A DNA stretch of 64,000 nt. Origin: Eledone cirrhosa (lineage: Eukaryota). The position numbers and the translations under genes were made by a program. Position 1 is the first letter of the stretch. Each line of letters starts with the position of its first letter. The notes below the pieces were generated by a model. The model did not search any database. It was not told the origin of the DNA and worked only from the letters and a program-made list of their open reading frames with translations. Location: NCBI GenBank assembly GCA_964016885.1, contig OZ024740.1, positions 397,296,001-397,360,000 on the forward strand, in the 5' to 3' direction. This document shows positions 51,025 through 64,000 of this stretch, in pieces.

Positions 51025-52842
51025 TTGGAACAGGATTACGTTGAACCCAAACATAGAATAGAAGATAGGAGGTAGAAAAAATAAAAGATAGAAAATAGAA
51101 AATTCGATTTGGAGTCAGCCTGCTAATTTTGTGTTATATAGATAGCAGACAGTCACACGTGTGTGTACATATCAACAAATCTATGAAAAATGTGTCTCTC
51201 TTGCTTTGCTAGTAAAGGAAACGGATTATTAAATGATGATGATTATGACATTTATATATATAGATATACATACATAATGTACAATATATAGAAAGAGTTG
51301 TAAAACTAAAGCATTTCATTAGAAAAAGTAGATGACTATTTATCATTATAAATAATGATTCTTTTGCTGTTACTGAAAATAGAATTTTTTAATATAGTTG
51401 CTGCTATTGTTATTGTTGGAGTTACTATTGTTATTGCTGCAGAGAGCTAAGCTGGTTCAAATAAATTAACACATTTTCTATTCATAAATGATTGCTAAGA
51501 AATGAATTGAACCCAATAAGAAGAAATGTAACATATTTAAATATAGAAATAAGGTCAGATGTATGGCAGCACCTCCCACCAGCAGTTTAGATGTGCAGTC
51601 TTCACTAATTACTAGTAATATAAAGAGATATGACATTATTATTTTCTTTTGTAATTTATGATAATTACAATTATTTATGATAATCATGATAATTATGATG
51701 ATAATTCCTGATTGTAATTAAAAGAAGAATATGAAACTGTAAAGATCTTTGGTGGAATATTTCCTAACAAGGGGTCTGTATATTGCCACCGCTTTCATAT
51801 ACTTTATTTTTATTTCCTATTCATCTATTTTACACATCTATTTGATTTGCAACACCACAAGACATGTAGCAACTAAAGCCAACTATGGCTTAACACATGT
51901 GTAAGATTGCAGTAACTAGAGATGTATATCAGAGCAAAGGCTTAAAATCGATTTTTGCAACAAATAACTTGTTATTAGACATGCATTTTCAGATAACATT
52001 ATAGAGATTTAGCAATATATTTTATTCCTTTCCTTACTGTCAGAAATAGTGCATGCATATCCAACATATTCAAAGGAATACATTTAGTAAATGAGTATAC
52101 ATATAATGCTTTAGTGAAATAATGAAATATTGCAATGTTCAAGCTATGTTAACATGCAGCAACTGATGTTCATATGTTGTTGTTGTTGCTGTTGATGCTG
52201 TTACTACTGTTATTGTTTATGGTGGTGGTGGATTTAAGGAGAAGGAGGAGAAAAGTTTCTTTTTTATGCATTTGACTAGAGAACAATGATGAAAGGTTAT
52301 TGTTATTGTGTACATGGTTCTGACATAGAATAGAGGAAATATGGGAAGTAAATTCCATTTTCTGCTGTTAATGCAGTCTTTGAAATCTGAGATTCGACTG
52401 ATTTAATGCAGGAATAATTATATTTCAAAATAATTATCTCTTACATATGCTGTTGAAGCCATAACTGAGGACATTACATGTATCGAAGGAGCTTCTAAGA
52501 GATCGCTCAACCTGCAAGAAATAGCAGTCAAACCTCCCTCACATAACACTATAATGTCTTATTAAATGAAAAAGTCATATTGAATAATGTAGTTCTAGTT
52601 ACACTGTCTAGAAAATATACAGAATATTATTGGCTGAAATACCTTTGATCATAAGTCTGCTCAACCAGGGTTTGCCTGGGGCTAAAAAAAAACAGAAAGT
52701 GAAAAAAAAATCTGACTAAAAAGTAAAGCTTCACTAATATGCTACAGTTCTGATAGATTATTGAGTTGTTTTTCTACCTCTATCTGTCACAATTAAAACA
52801 GTCTCTACTTTTTACAATTTGCTGTGTACTGCTACTGCTTAG

Positions 52843-53073
52843 CCCTTTAGTATTTAAATCGGCTGTATCCAGCCAGAATTTTCTCAACTCTTTCTGTTCA
52901 ATCTGTCTGTAACCAGCTGCTCATACTAATGTTAAGGTATTGTTCTCAAAATAAATAATATCAAAATCTCATAGATTTGATATTTTGTGAGATAATTGTG
53001 TGAAGTAAAGCCTTTACCATGAAAAGAGTAAATAGTATAATAGTAAATATAGAGTAATGTAAATGCTAAAGGG
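52843..53073. mobile_element. piggyBac-type MITE
   Basis: Ends CCCTTTAGTATTT / AAATGCTAAAGGG with TTAG/TTAA flanks; second copy at 59286-59503. Confidence 0.75.
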
Positions 53074-56000
53074 TTAAACCTACTCAATATAGGTTCCTTT
53101 TTTTTTTTTTGATCCTCATACTATATTCCCATTACTATACAATGTTCTCCTTAATACATCCTATCCTCTTTATTATACAATGTTCACCTTAATACATTAT
53201 TTCTACTACACTCCTTTTCTTTAGCTATATTTTAATTCTGAACCTAAACACTTTTCAAAACCATTTCCCCTCAAGGCAACAATTTCTGTAATCCTTTCCA
53301 AGTCTTCTTCCAGCCACCAGCACGTAGCAGTTCAAGTAAAATGAGAGCTTCACCCCGTCCTTTAAATTAATGATACATCAGTGGATGTATCTATCACTGC
53401 ATCTCCAGCCTGGTCAACAACATGAGTGCCCTAGTGTTGAAAAGTGGTAGTGCTGGTGCCACAATAAATGTACCCAGCCCACTCTTTAAAGTGGTAATGC
53501 TGGTACTATGATAAAAGCACCCCCCACCCACTTTGTAAAATAGTAGTGCTAATGCCACAATAAGAACTCGGTTCACTCTGTCAGGTGGTAGCAGCAGTAC
53601 CACAATAAAATGAACTTGGTACATGGTAGGAAGTGGTTAGCATTAGAAAGAGCTTCCACTTATAGAAACCAAGCCCAAAATTGAAAATATGAGCAAGTCA
53701 CAGTTATCTAACCTGTCTAACCTCAGAATATGACAACCCATCTAACTCATGTAAGTGGGAAAAATGGAGGTAAGATGATGATGATCCAGGGTCTCCATGT
53801 GTCTCCTAAGACTATAGATCTTTACTCGGAAAATTCCTGCCCAATTTACAGGCCTAGGCAAAGTTTTACAATGTAAAAGTATTAATCCTTAACCCTTCCA
53901 TTGCCATATTTATGATAAAAACCAAATAATTATGAAAATAATGGAGGGATTTAATAACATAATTAACTTTCTCATAATTAAGTTGATGTTTGGAACATAA
54001 CATAATAAAATTTCTAATATGATGGTAGTGCCCCAGCATGGCCTCAGCCTGTTGGCTGGAACAAGTAATAGAATAATACAATAAAATGATGTTCAAAAGC
54101 TTTTAGATTTATATAAACACTTCCATGTAAATAGATTTGTATCATAAAACCAGGGACAGTTTCAGGCAGTTTGGTATCAAAAGGAATAAATCACATCCCT
54201 ACCCACAAATCTTGTTACTACCCAAATGTGCAGCACTACACTATCCATAAATCTATAAATATATTCTAATGAGCATTGTACTTAAGTTTTAATTTTGCAG
54301 TGAGTAAATCATTCCTCTTTGTTAATTTTGTCATTTCCTCTTATTATAAGTCTTCATCAATCAACTCATGAACTGACATGACATATGTCTTTTAATTTAC
54401 TAGCAAATTCCACTTCAGTAATAAGTCAATCGACAATTGGTAACTGTTCAGCTACTATTGTATAATGAAAGAAAATTTGAATTATGTGATGTAATTAGTG
54501 ATAAATGTTGATTATTGACATCACAGATTTAGATCTTGTGTTATTGATTGTAGTTTGGGTCTATCACTAGAAAAGATTCATAAAAGATTAATGTAGATTT
54601 AGAAGAAAAAAAGCAAGCAAATAACATGAGAAATATGATGTAAAGAGGAAGGAAAGACAATGCTGATGATGTTGAACATGACAACAACAATGGCAATCAC
54701 AATAGCAATGGCAATGATAAGATTGAAGGCAATGATGATGATCTCTGCAACATACGTGTAGATTATGTTCAGTGAGCCACTACTAAATGAATGATTACTT
54801 CTATGGAACAGTTTTGACTGGACTACATAGCATAACAAAAAGAATCTATTTAACAAATCTCTCAGTTAAGAATATGGGTAGTAACACTTAAGCATATAAT
54901 AACATGCAGAGTTATGCAACATGCTGTAGGATAAAATATGATATTTGTTCTGATATTTTACTGGCATTTTATTGTCACTAGACCTTTCCATTTACATTTT
55001 ACACATATTGGATGAAACCTGTTTTCACTCAGTTGTTTTCACTCAGTTGTGTTCATACAATATTCAGATCAGAGATGGGGGTGTCAGTTGAGCTATGGTT
55101 TTGACTTGATTGGTGGGGTGGGGACTATTCACCTCAAATTCTTTTTTTTTTGTCTGTTCTGCTACTGGTAAATGCATCAAGCATACTATATGCCCATGTA
55201 TATAATTGTAACCCATACATAGATCATATATATTTAGTACAGCTTGCTAAAATATTTAATGAATAATTTGAAATGGTGCCTTCATTTCACAATGGGTCTG
55301 GACCTATTATTAGTTTTGCCCTGGCTTACATTCACTAACTTTACTCCTCCAGTTATTACCATACAATGCAATGGGAGGCTTTAAGTGGTCATTTTAGCTA
55401 CCAGAAATAGCAGTCAAATCTACTTTAACTCATACCATACAATCTCCCCCTACAAATATGAATTGAATAATATACCCTTAACGAAGCTGTCTGAAAAAAG
55501 TTGGCATGATCCTGTATTTTCTGTCCCTGAAGAAGCCTAGTCTTTGGTATACTGCTCATGCAATGTTATATTATGTAAGTGATCATCAACATTCTAACAA
55601 AATTGCAACTTCTTGGAGAGTTTCATTATAGATATGATTTTTGCAGGCAGTCTTCAGCTGCAAGCATTTACACTTTGAGATGGTGTGATACATAGCAGCA
55701 TTTTGAATGTTAAAAGTTGAGGTGGAACTACCAATCAAGGAATCATCAAATAATAGGACAAACATGTCTTGGACTTTAAAGGAAATACAGACTATTCATA
55801 AGCTACTATCAAGCACAGAGGTCAATATTACAATAGCAACCAAATCCCTGATCAGGTGCATATTCAATTTTAAGCCAACAATTTTTCTTTAACCTTACTT
55901 TCAGACCTATTCCTATTTAGTGGTGGCAATGTTTCAGGAAGAACACATGGGTGGGAGTTTGTTCGGCAGAGATGATCAAGTTGCACATGTCTTATGGGGT

Positions 56001-57060
56001 AACCTTTTTAGGATAGTGTGAACTCAAACCCAGCTTTTCAGCTCTAGTAATACCAAACTTAGAAATACCATTTCCACCACCATCAGTAACCTTGAATATG
56101 CACTCTACTTTGTGATAATTAGTAACAACTACATCGATGTTCAGTCAACCATTGAATACTTCAGTGTGTACACATTACATGTTGACTTGAAAGCCAATGC
56201 AGCCAAAACAGATATATGATAGTATCTACTGCATAAGCTTCCAATGTCAAATGAAATGATGTATCGATTGGAGCAACATCTTGGTAGCATCAATGCAAAA
56301 CCAAGCAAACCTTGCCCTGCAATGGGATAAATACTGTAGTAAAAAAAAATGGTCTGGCATCTATAGTAAGTTTAAGGGTTTCAGCTGTGAAGTATTTGTG
56401 TGAAGGGAGAATTTAGTGATTGTTTTTTGGTGCTGTTGTGTCTTCCACTACTGTAAAATACATCAAAACTACTTTATGTATTACTTCCAAACAACATACC
56501 ATCACAGCCATAGAACACAATAAAACTATGATATAATATACAAGTAGTGTTATATAACACTCTGAAGACCAGTATACTGCATATCAATGCTACAGTACCA
56601 CACACCAATACAATAACACTACTATATATATCAACATCTCTATACAACAAAATATATCATCATCATCATTATCATCAAACGCAAATGTCATACAATCTCA
56701 CTGTATTCCAACACAACCAGATATCAATCTTCAATGTGGCATATCAACACCACCATGCAGCTCACCAACACTACCAAACAATGCACTTATGCTACCAAAC
56801 AGTAGCCCAACCTTGCTATACAATGATACAAGCATACACTACAAAACAGCACCAGTAGTACCAGCATACAATGTACTAACACCACACAGCACACAGTCCT
56901 TAACATGTAGCACCACATGTAACTGCTATAAAGTAAGGAAACATATACTTCTTTCATCAATATATATTTGATATTGTCATCATTATATAATTTTCAAAAC
57001 TAACTTCTGTCAAATAAACTTTAATTCTGAACTATGCATATATATGCATTATCTATAATA

Positions 57061-57387
57061 TACCCGACCTCCCATGGGTACAAGCTGAAGCATATAGACA
57101 ATATGCCCCCACACCCTCCCACTGCAAAGTGGTCGTGGAGGTGCCACAGCAAAAAAGCACCCAGCCCACACTGTAAAGTGGACGTGTAGGCGCCACGGAA
57201 AAAAGCACCCAGCACTCACTGTAAATGAGGTTGGTGTTAGGAAGGGCATCCAGCTGTAGAAATCAACCCACAATCAGTGCCTGTATGAGCAAGGCATGGT
57301 CAGCCGACCAGACACTGCCCACAACAGGACAACCCGTCTAACCCATGCTAGCATGGGAGAACGGACGTGATGATGATGATGATGATG
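57061..57387 (+). mobile_element. RTE subfamily B 3'UTR fragment
   Basis: Reverse-complement homolog of 37416-37750. Confidence 0.85.
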
Positions 57388-57461
57388 AAACATCATCATC
57401 ATCATCGTTTAACATCTATCTTCCATGCTAGCATGGGTTTATATATATATAATCATAATAG

Positions 57462-58012
57462 TAATATACGCAAACGGCAAAGCATAAATGAATTGAGAGA
57501 GAGACTGAGCAGGAGAGGCGGTTGCATTGGTATGGACATGTGATGTGTATGAAGGATGACAGCTGCATAAAAATGTGCAGAGCACTAGAAGTCGGTGGAA
57601 ACTGCGGAGTGGGGAGACCCAAGAAGACCAGGGATGAGGTGATAAAAGCCGACCTTACCCAATTACACCTCTCAAAGGCAATGACACACGACGGTGATCT
57701 CTGGTGTCATGCAGTAATACAGAAGACCCGACCCCCCATGGGTACAAGCCAAAGCTGAAGCATATAGACAATATGCCCCCACACCCTCCCACTGCAAAGT
57801 GGTCGTGTAGGCGCCATGAAAAAAAGCACCCAGCACTCACTGTAAATGAGGTTGGTGTTAGGAAGGGCATCCAGCTGTAGAAATCAAGCAAGAATCAGTT
57901 CCCATATGAGCAAGACAAGGTCAGACGACCAAACACTGCCCACAACAGGACAACCCGTCTAACCCATGCTAGTGTGGAAGAACGGACGTAAAACGGTGAT
58001 AATGATGATGAG
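57462..58012 (+). mobile_element. RTE subfamily B 3' fragment with internal deletions
   Basis: WYGHVMCMKDDSCIK...GRPKKT; 3'UTR; GAT tail. Confidence 0.85.
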
Positions 58013-58619
58013 GATTAACATAATCTAATGTCCATTTTTACCTGCTAGTATATATACTATTATTATTATATATCATGTATACCTAATCATACATAATCAA
58101 ATGTACTTTAACTTTTAATACAAATGGAATTTAAGATGTTAAATTTTTACACAAAATTCACTTTAAGTAATTTGTATAGTAACATCTTCATGAAAGAGAT
58201 TATAAACATCTTTTATTTCATTTCCCTACAGACAACACAAATACCAAATGCAACTTAACCTAACTGATAGGCATAATCTATCAGATAAACTTTGAGTTAT
58301 CAGAAATAATTCAAGTCATGTTCCTTAATTCCAAATATATCTAATAAATCAAAATAAAAGCATTTCTTTCGTGGTTCTGATACCAAGATTGGAGCCTAAA
58401 AGACGTATTGTTGTTACTGGTGATGGTGATGATGGTGGTGGTGGTGATGATGATGGTGGTGGTGACAGTTGTGGCAATATGGTGATGGTGGTAATGATGG
58501 TGGTTTATTGATTTCTTATATAGTATATACGACCCAAGAGAAAGAAAATGAAATTGTGTGATATTTATTGCATTGGGATGTAAACCCTTTTGATATGTAT
58601 ACACTAAAAAACACTAATC

Positions 58620-58998
58620 ATTGGTTAGAGCATTGGGCTTGCAATCGAAAGGTTGTGAGTTCAATTCTCGAACCAGGTGATGTGTTGTTTCCTTGAGCAA
58701 GACACTTTATTTCACATTGCTGCAGTTTACTCAGCTGTAGAAATGAGATGATAGGGACTGGGGTCTCTATCATTCCACTGCAAAGTGGCCGTGGAGGTGC
58801 CACGGCAAAAAAGCACCCAGCACACACTGTAAATGGGGTTGGTGTTAGGAAGGGCATCCAGCTGTAGAAATCAAGCCAGAATCAGTTCCCATATGAGCAA
58901 GAGAAGGTCAGTCGACTGGACACTGCCCACGACAAGACAACCCGTCTAACCCATGCTAGCGTGAAAGAACGGACGTAAAACGGTGATGATGATGATGA
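58620..58998 (+). mobile_element. SINE family 1 copy with a longer RTE-derived tail
   Basis: A/B boxes, CORE-like body, RTE subfamily B 3'UTR end. Confidence 0.8.
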
Positions 58999-59285
58999 TC
59001 ATCATCATCATCATCATTTAACGTCTGTTTTCCCTGATAGCATGTTGGATACAAAAGAAATATGAATGTTAGTATTTAAAATTCTGCAAAAAAGAATAGA
59101 AAAGAAAAAAGAGATCTCTGAATTTCAATAGACAAGGTAAAGAATATATAAGTTAAGAAGTGATGTACTGAATGTCATACATAAAAGATTTGTGTAATTA
59201 ATTGAAATTTCCATTTTAGTTAAAAGAAAACTAAAACCTAGTGGCATTTGTTAGCAACTCCCAAATAAAGTGGGGGATAGTTTAA

Positions 59286-59503
59286 CCCATTATCATTTAA
59301 ACCGGCCATATCCAGCCAAAATTCTCTCACCTCTTTCTGTTCAAACCTGCTGTAGCTGGCTGCTCATATTGATATTAAGGTATTGTTCTCAAAATAAATA
59401 TCAAAATCTCAAAGATTCAATATTATGTGAGACAATTATGTGAGATAAAGCCTTTACCTCAAAAATACAATAGTAAATATAGAGTAATGGAAATGCTAAA
59501 GGG
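59286..59503. mobile_element. piggyBac-type MITE, second copy
   Basis: TTAA-CCC...GCTAAAGGG-TTAT; homologous to 52843-53073. Confidence 0.75.
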
Positions 59504-61840
59504 TTATAGAAATTAAGGATTAATATCTCAAAGTTAATTGACACATTTAGGGAAAGGAGACATAATATTTGTTTGCAGATAAGAGACAATTATGGGTATG
59601 TTTTGGTCTATTAGAGCTTAGTACAGTCTACTCAAGCCTACTTGATCTGTTGATAAAGGTATTTACATATAGAAAAATAGTTATCCTTATTTTACCTTTA
59701 GAATTTGCATAAAGAAAAAAAAATAGTAAAATGAGCTGAATGAAATAACTTTATACTATGCTGAAACCTGCCCATAATTGTCTTTTGCCAGCAAACAGAA
59801 ATGAAACCTTCCTTCTCTTAAGCAGTTAAATTAATTTTGAGAGATTAATTCTTGAAATTATCTCCCTGTTTCTTTGGGAGTCATTAACAAATGCCACAAA
59901 GTTTTTATTTTCCCCAACTAAGAGGGAAATTTCAGTAATTAATGAAGATTTCTTTTTGCATATGGATTTCAGTACATCACACCTTAATTTATTTGCTCAA
60001 ATTTATGCCATTGACCAATTTGATTTATTTGCTTTGACTCATTTTTATTTAATTATCTAAATTATATATATTCTTGTAACAATTGTCCCCGTCTTTAAAG
60101 AAAAACAATAGTTGACTGATAGATTAAGCAGGTTTTCTAATAAAGGTTAAGATTATTTGGCTGGACAAGTTGGTGAGAAATGCCTTCAACAAGGAATTGA
60201 AATTAAAACTATGTTGCAGACAGAGATAACATCAAAATGGGTTCACTGTAAAATTCCTCGTGGGTATTATTGCAGAAAATATAACGCCTGTAATTTCATT
60301 ACATGATAATTTAATCATGGAGTTTTTACATCATAAACCAGGACTTGGTAAATTCATCATCATGCCATGTTCATGGACATTTATTCTCACACTTTTCATC
60401 TGTAGAGTAAATACATCACTAAACATTATTTTAAGATATATAAATATTTCCTCATACGATCTGGAATTAAAAAAAACAAACACAAGAATTGAAGTAATAA
60501 TCCAACAATATATCACAGGTTCAGGAATTTCACATTGCAAAAATATATAAAGGTAGAGCAGTGAAAACTCAACACATTGTCAATGAATATTAAAATGTAA
60601 AATATGCTGGAATATTTAAAAGGTTCATAAATTGTCTTCATAAAACGTTTCTTACTTCTTACAATTTAAAACAGTGTGATATTTTTAATGCATACTTTTG
60701 TGATTCTATATTTTTAAAGTAACTTTGGTTTCATTTTTCATACACCAATTGGGTAAATATGATACAAGAAATTTTTTATCTTCTAATTTTTTGTTTCATT
60801 CTACATGAAATGCGACATATTTCTTCTGTGAATAAAAACTTTAAATATTTAGCTATGTATTTACTCTGTGGATAAAAAGCAGGATGATGAATTTATCGCT
60901 CATGATATATTTAACTATATTACAGGTAATTATTTACTTCGATGTAATTACCCATGATGAATTTACCAAACACCCATAAAAATGTTAAAATGAATGAGAA
61001 GACTCAAATAAATTTTTACATGTCAGTTAAAAATAAACAAGATTTCCTTCTAAAACAGAATTAGTTAGTCTGTGTAGTAAGTGCAGTGTTTTTAATCTCC
61101 ATGGGATCCCTTAGTTTTGTAAGATTGATCTGCAAATGCCCAGCTCAATGTCTGCTGGAGAAATATAGACAGGGCCGCAACTAGGAATCTGTTACAACTA
61201 TTCACACAAGTGTAAATTGTTGTAACAAAGTGAACTTCACTAAAGACACACAAGGACTGTGTACTGGTGTTAAACTGAGTGGCGAGTTAAGTTTATGCTG
61301 GGTTACTGACACCAAGAGTATACTGAATTATATTAACTGTGGTGCTTTGATTCGTACTTAATTTATCAGCTTTGGAGAAATAATTGTTTCTACTTTTGGC
61401 ACAAGGCCAGCAATGATCCAGTGCATTACTGGTACTTTATTTTATCGACCTTGTAAGGATGAAAGGTAAAGTTAACCTCGGTGGGATTTGAACTCAGACC
61501 GCTTTGGAGAAATAATGAAAGACAGACAAAGTCAACTTTGGTGGAATTCCTACATTCCTTACAAGTATTTCCTAGAAAAATTCTCCAGTATGATTAAAAA
61601 GTTTGCTTTGCTGTCATATGGTTCTGGATTTGATATCACTGTGTCGCAGCTTGGATAAGTGTCTTTTGCCTTTTGAGTAAAATTGTGAAATATAGAAGCA
61701 CATTTGATAGAGCCTACATATTATTGGGTGATTGATTCAATCCAACACCTAGTTTAACACCACTACCTATCTTTTCAGTACCAAGCATCTAATCTAAAGA
61801 TATCAAGATTTTTCTTATAAAAATTTATTAAACATTGATT

Positions 61841-63983
61841 CAGTGAAACTCGTTTTCTTTCTGATAATTCTGTTCTTGATAAAATCCAGCCATAATTTGC
61901 TTTCAAATCTAATAATATACGCAAAACAAGGATTATGTCAACTCAAAGTAGCCTAAAGTTTTTGTGTTTATTTTTTAGTAATACTTACACTAGATTAGTA
62001 AATTCAGTATGGCTTCATAGTGCACACTGTGACAATAACCACTATGCACAAGACAACTTGTGTCTCTCAGCAATTTGATTTGAAGTTTTTGTGATTATTT
62101 ATGTATCAGCCTATATTTTGCATCACATCTTTGAATAAGGGTAATAATCTAAAGAAGTATGTGACTGTATCTGTGAATCAGAAACTAGAACTTATAATAA
62201 GGTAGTTAGAGACTGGTACTTCAGTGGTGAGAGTTTGGGAAGTATGTGATGCTAAAAAGAAATAATTTTAGAAATACATAAAGCTGCATTTTCATTAAAA
62301 TATAAAGTGATGCAAATTCTAAAACCATAATCTGTTGTTGCAAGGAAGTGCATGGAAGTCGCAAATGGCACAAATCATAAGAAAGTAGTTTATCCATCAA
62401 TAATCCTGTGGCAACAAAGTCCAGGGGGTAAAAATTCTAAGTGCTTCTTCCAAACTAGTTAGGTAGATGGTCATCAAGGATTTTGAAGCCTGTGATGCAT
62501 GACTATGGCAATTAAAAAATTGCCATGGAATGAATAATGAAACGATCCATGGTGTAACAGGTAGTGCACAAACTGATGAAGTTGAACTATTTAGGAAGGG
62601 GTTCAAGGATTTTATGTGTGAAGGACCTCTAATTTCACAAGTATATAATGGGAATGAAACTAGATTGTATTAGTGGTTACTACACCAGAATACTGAAGCT
62701 GTTAAGAATGAAGTTTCCATACCTGGTCATAAATGAAGTAAAGAACAATTTTAGCATTGTTTTGAGTGAATGCAGATAGCATGCACATTTTGAAGTTAGT
62801 TTTGGTGTAGAAACCAACATATTCATAAATTTTGAAAGACAGGGCATCATTTACAAATTCATTATTACCATTCCAACAAATCATACTTTGATATGGACAT
62901 TTTTAATTATTGATTTTTCGTATATTTCATTCCTGCAGTATATAAATTTGGGGAAGATTTCCCTAAGCTTTCTGCTAAAGAGTTGAAAACACTACTAATT
63001 TTGGATATCACACTTGTCAGTAATGATAGTAAAAATTATGCATGTTGTGCCACCGCGTGTTACCTCCATGATCCAAAATAGACTAAGATGTAATTGTAGC
63101 CAGCAATGAAGATATTTGGATGAAGTTCTTATGATACCAGAAGAGGCCAATATAAAGGAAGTCAATCAATTGACAAAGAACTCTCAATAATATCAATAAC
63201 TACAACCCCAAGACAGTGATATTCAATTCAATAGCACTTTAGTTAATGCTGTGAAAAAAAACTCTGTACAATGCAGAGGTAGGCTATTATTTTGAAAGAT
63301 TTTCATTCACAGATGTCACAGAAAACAACATCAGAACCTAACTAGAACACACTGAGGTGATCTTGAATTAGAGATAGTGAGGATGGCAAAAATGTTATAC
63401 AAGCATCTCTGATAATACTGTTTTGTACATCGAATTATCAGCAGAAATTGATATTCGACAATATTACCAACATATTTGAGCCTTAATGAAACTCATTATC
63501 TGAAAACAACATCAGCAAAGCAAAAACCGAAACTTGACGTTTTCTTCAAGCCAATTTGTTACAATCCTGCTGCAGCTGTTAAACCTGCTGATGATATTTA
63601 TGACCCACCTGCTCTGGGCTCAGTCCCTCCTCAATCACCTCAGACTTTTATGAGTAGGAGGAAAATTTAAACCCTCCTCCTCAACATCAAGCTCATCTGT
63701 CATCTACCTCTGGTAAATGAAATTATGGTACAAACTTTTTAATTTGTGCACACTGTAATGTTGAATAATTTTATGATGTATATATTTATATTTTAAATAG
63801 CTCTATGAATGTTTACAGTATTTTATATAATTTTATTACTGTTTATCATGTGAGTATAACATGTAACTATTTCCAATATCATGTATGTATACAATATTAA
63901 CTGGTAACATTAGCTAATTTGGACAATCAACTAAAATGGATTCCTTTCCATCCCCATAAGCATATTTTAATGGGAGTTTACTG
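61841..63983 (+). mobile_element. Decayed pogo/Tigger (Jerky/TIGD-like) DNA transposon
   Basis: Broken + frames: VTVSVNQKLELIIR*LETGTSVVRV (psq HTH-like, ~62160); QVYNGNETRLY*WLLHQNTEAVKNEVSIPGHK*SKE...NADSMHILKLVLV (DDE_1 start, ~62640-62810); KQKPKLDVFFKP C-terminus; right end GGGAGTTTACTG-TA, putative left end CAGTGAAACTCG. Confidence 0.8.
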
Positions 63984-64000
63984 TACATACATATATATTG

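Noticed and set aside
60331-60460. Possible minus-strand terminal exon after a pyrimidine-rich acceptor (TTTTTTTTAATTCCAG)
   Set aside because: The peptide is unrecognisable and I found no partner exons.
62155-63560. Domesticated TIGD/Jerky gene
   Set aside because: Many stops and frameshifts plus retained transposon-like ends indicate a dead element.

Overview
AT-rich eukaryotic (animal) genomic DNA, intergenic or intronic. I can support no host protein-coding exon. The mix of SINEs, RTE LINEs with (ATG)n tails, Penelope elements and microsatellites suggests an octopod cephalopod (inference from recalled repeat families, not verified). Contents: many 5'-truncated RTE-clade LINEs; two tRNA-derived SINE families; three Penelope-like (GIY-YIG) coding remnants plus several fold-back pseudo-LTR elements; CR1-type and R4/Dong-type fragments; a decayed pogo/Tigger transposon; hAT and piggyBac-type MITEs; and an ~8.65 kb array of a 39-bp repeat. 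The long ORFs at 14.4-23.2 kb are by-products of that array. Two signals stand out. First, about 16 minimal type I hammerhead ribozyme motifs from roughly ten different repeat families, often as inverted pairs. Second, a fold-back hammerhead element at ~26.95-27.34 kb carries about 30 A-to-G changes on the same strand in both arms relative to its sister copy at 45.3-46.0 kb. This looks like an ADAR-hyperedited RNA that was reverse-transcribed into the genome. All alignments and counts were done by eye; coordinates may be off by a few bases.
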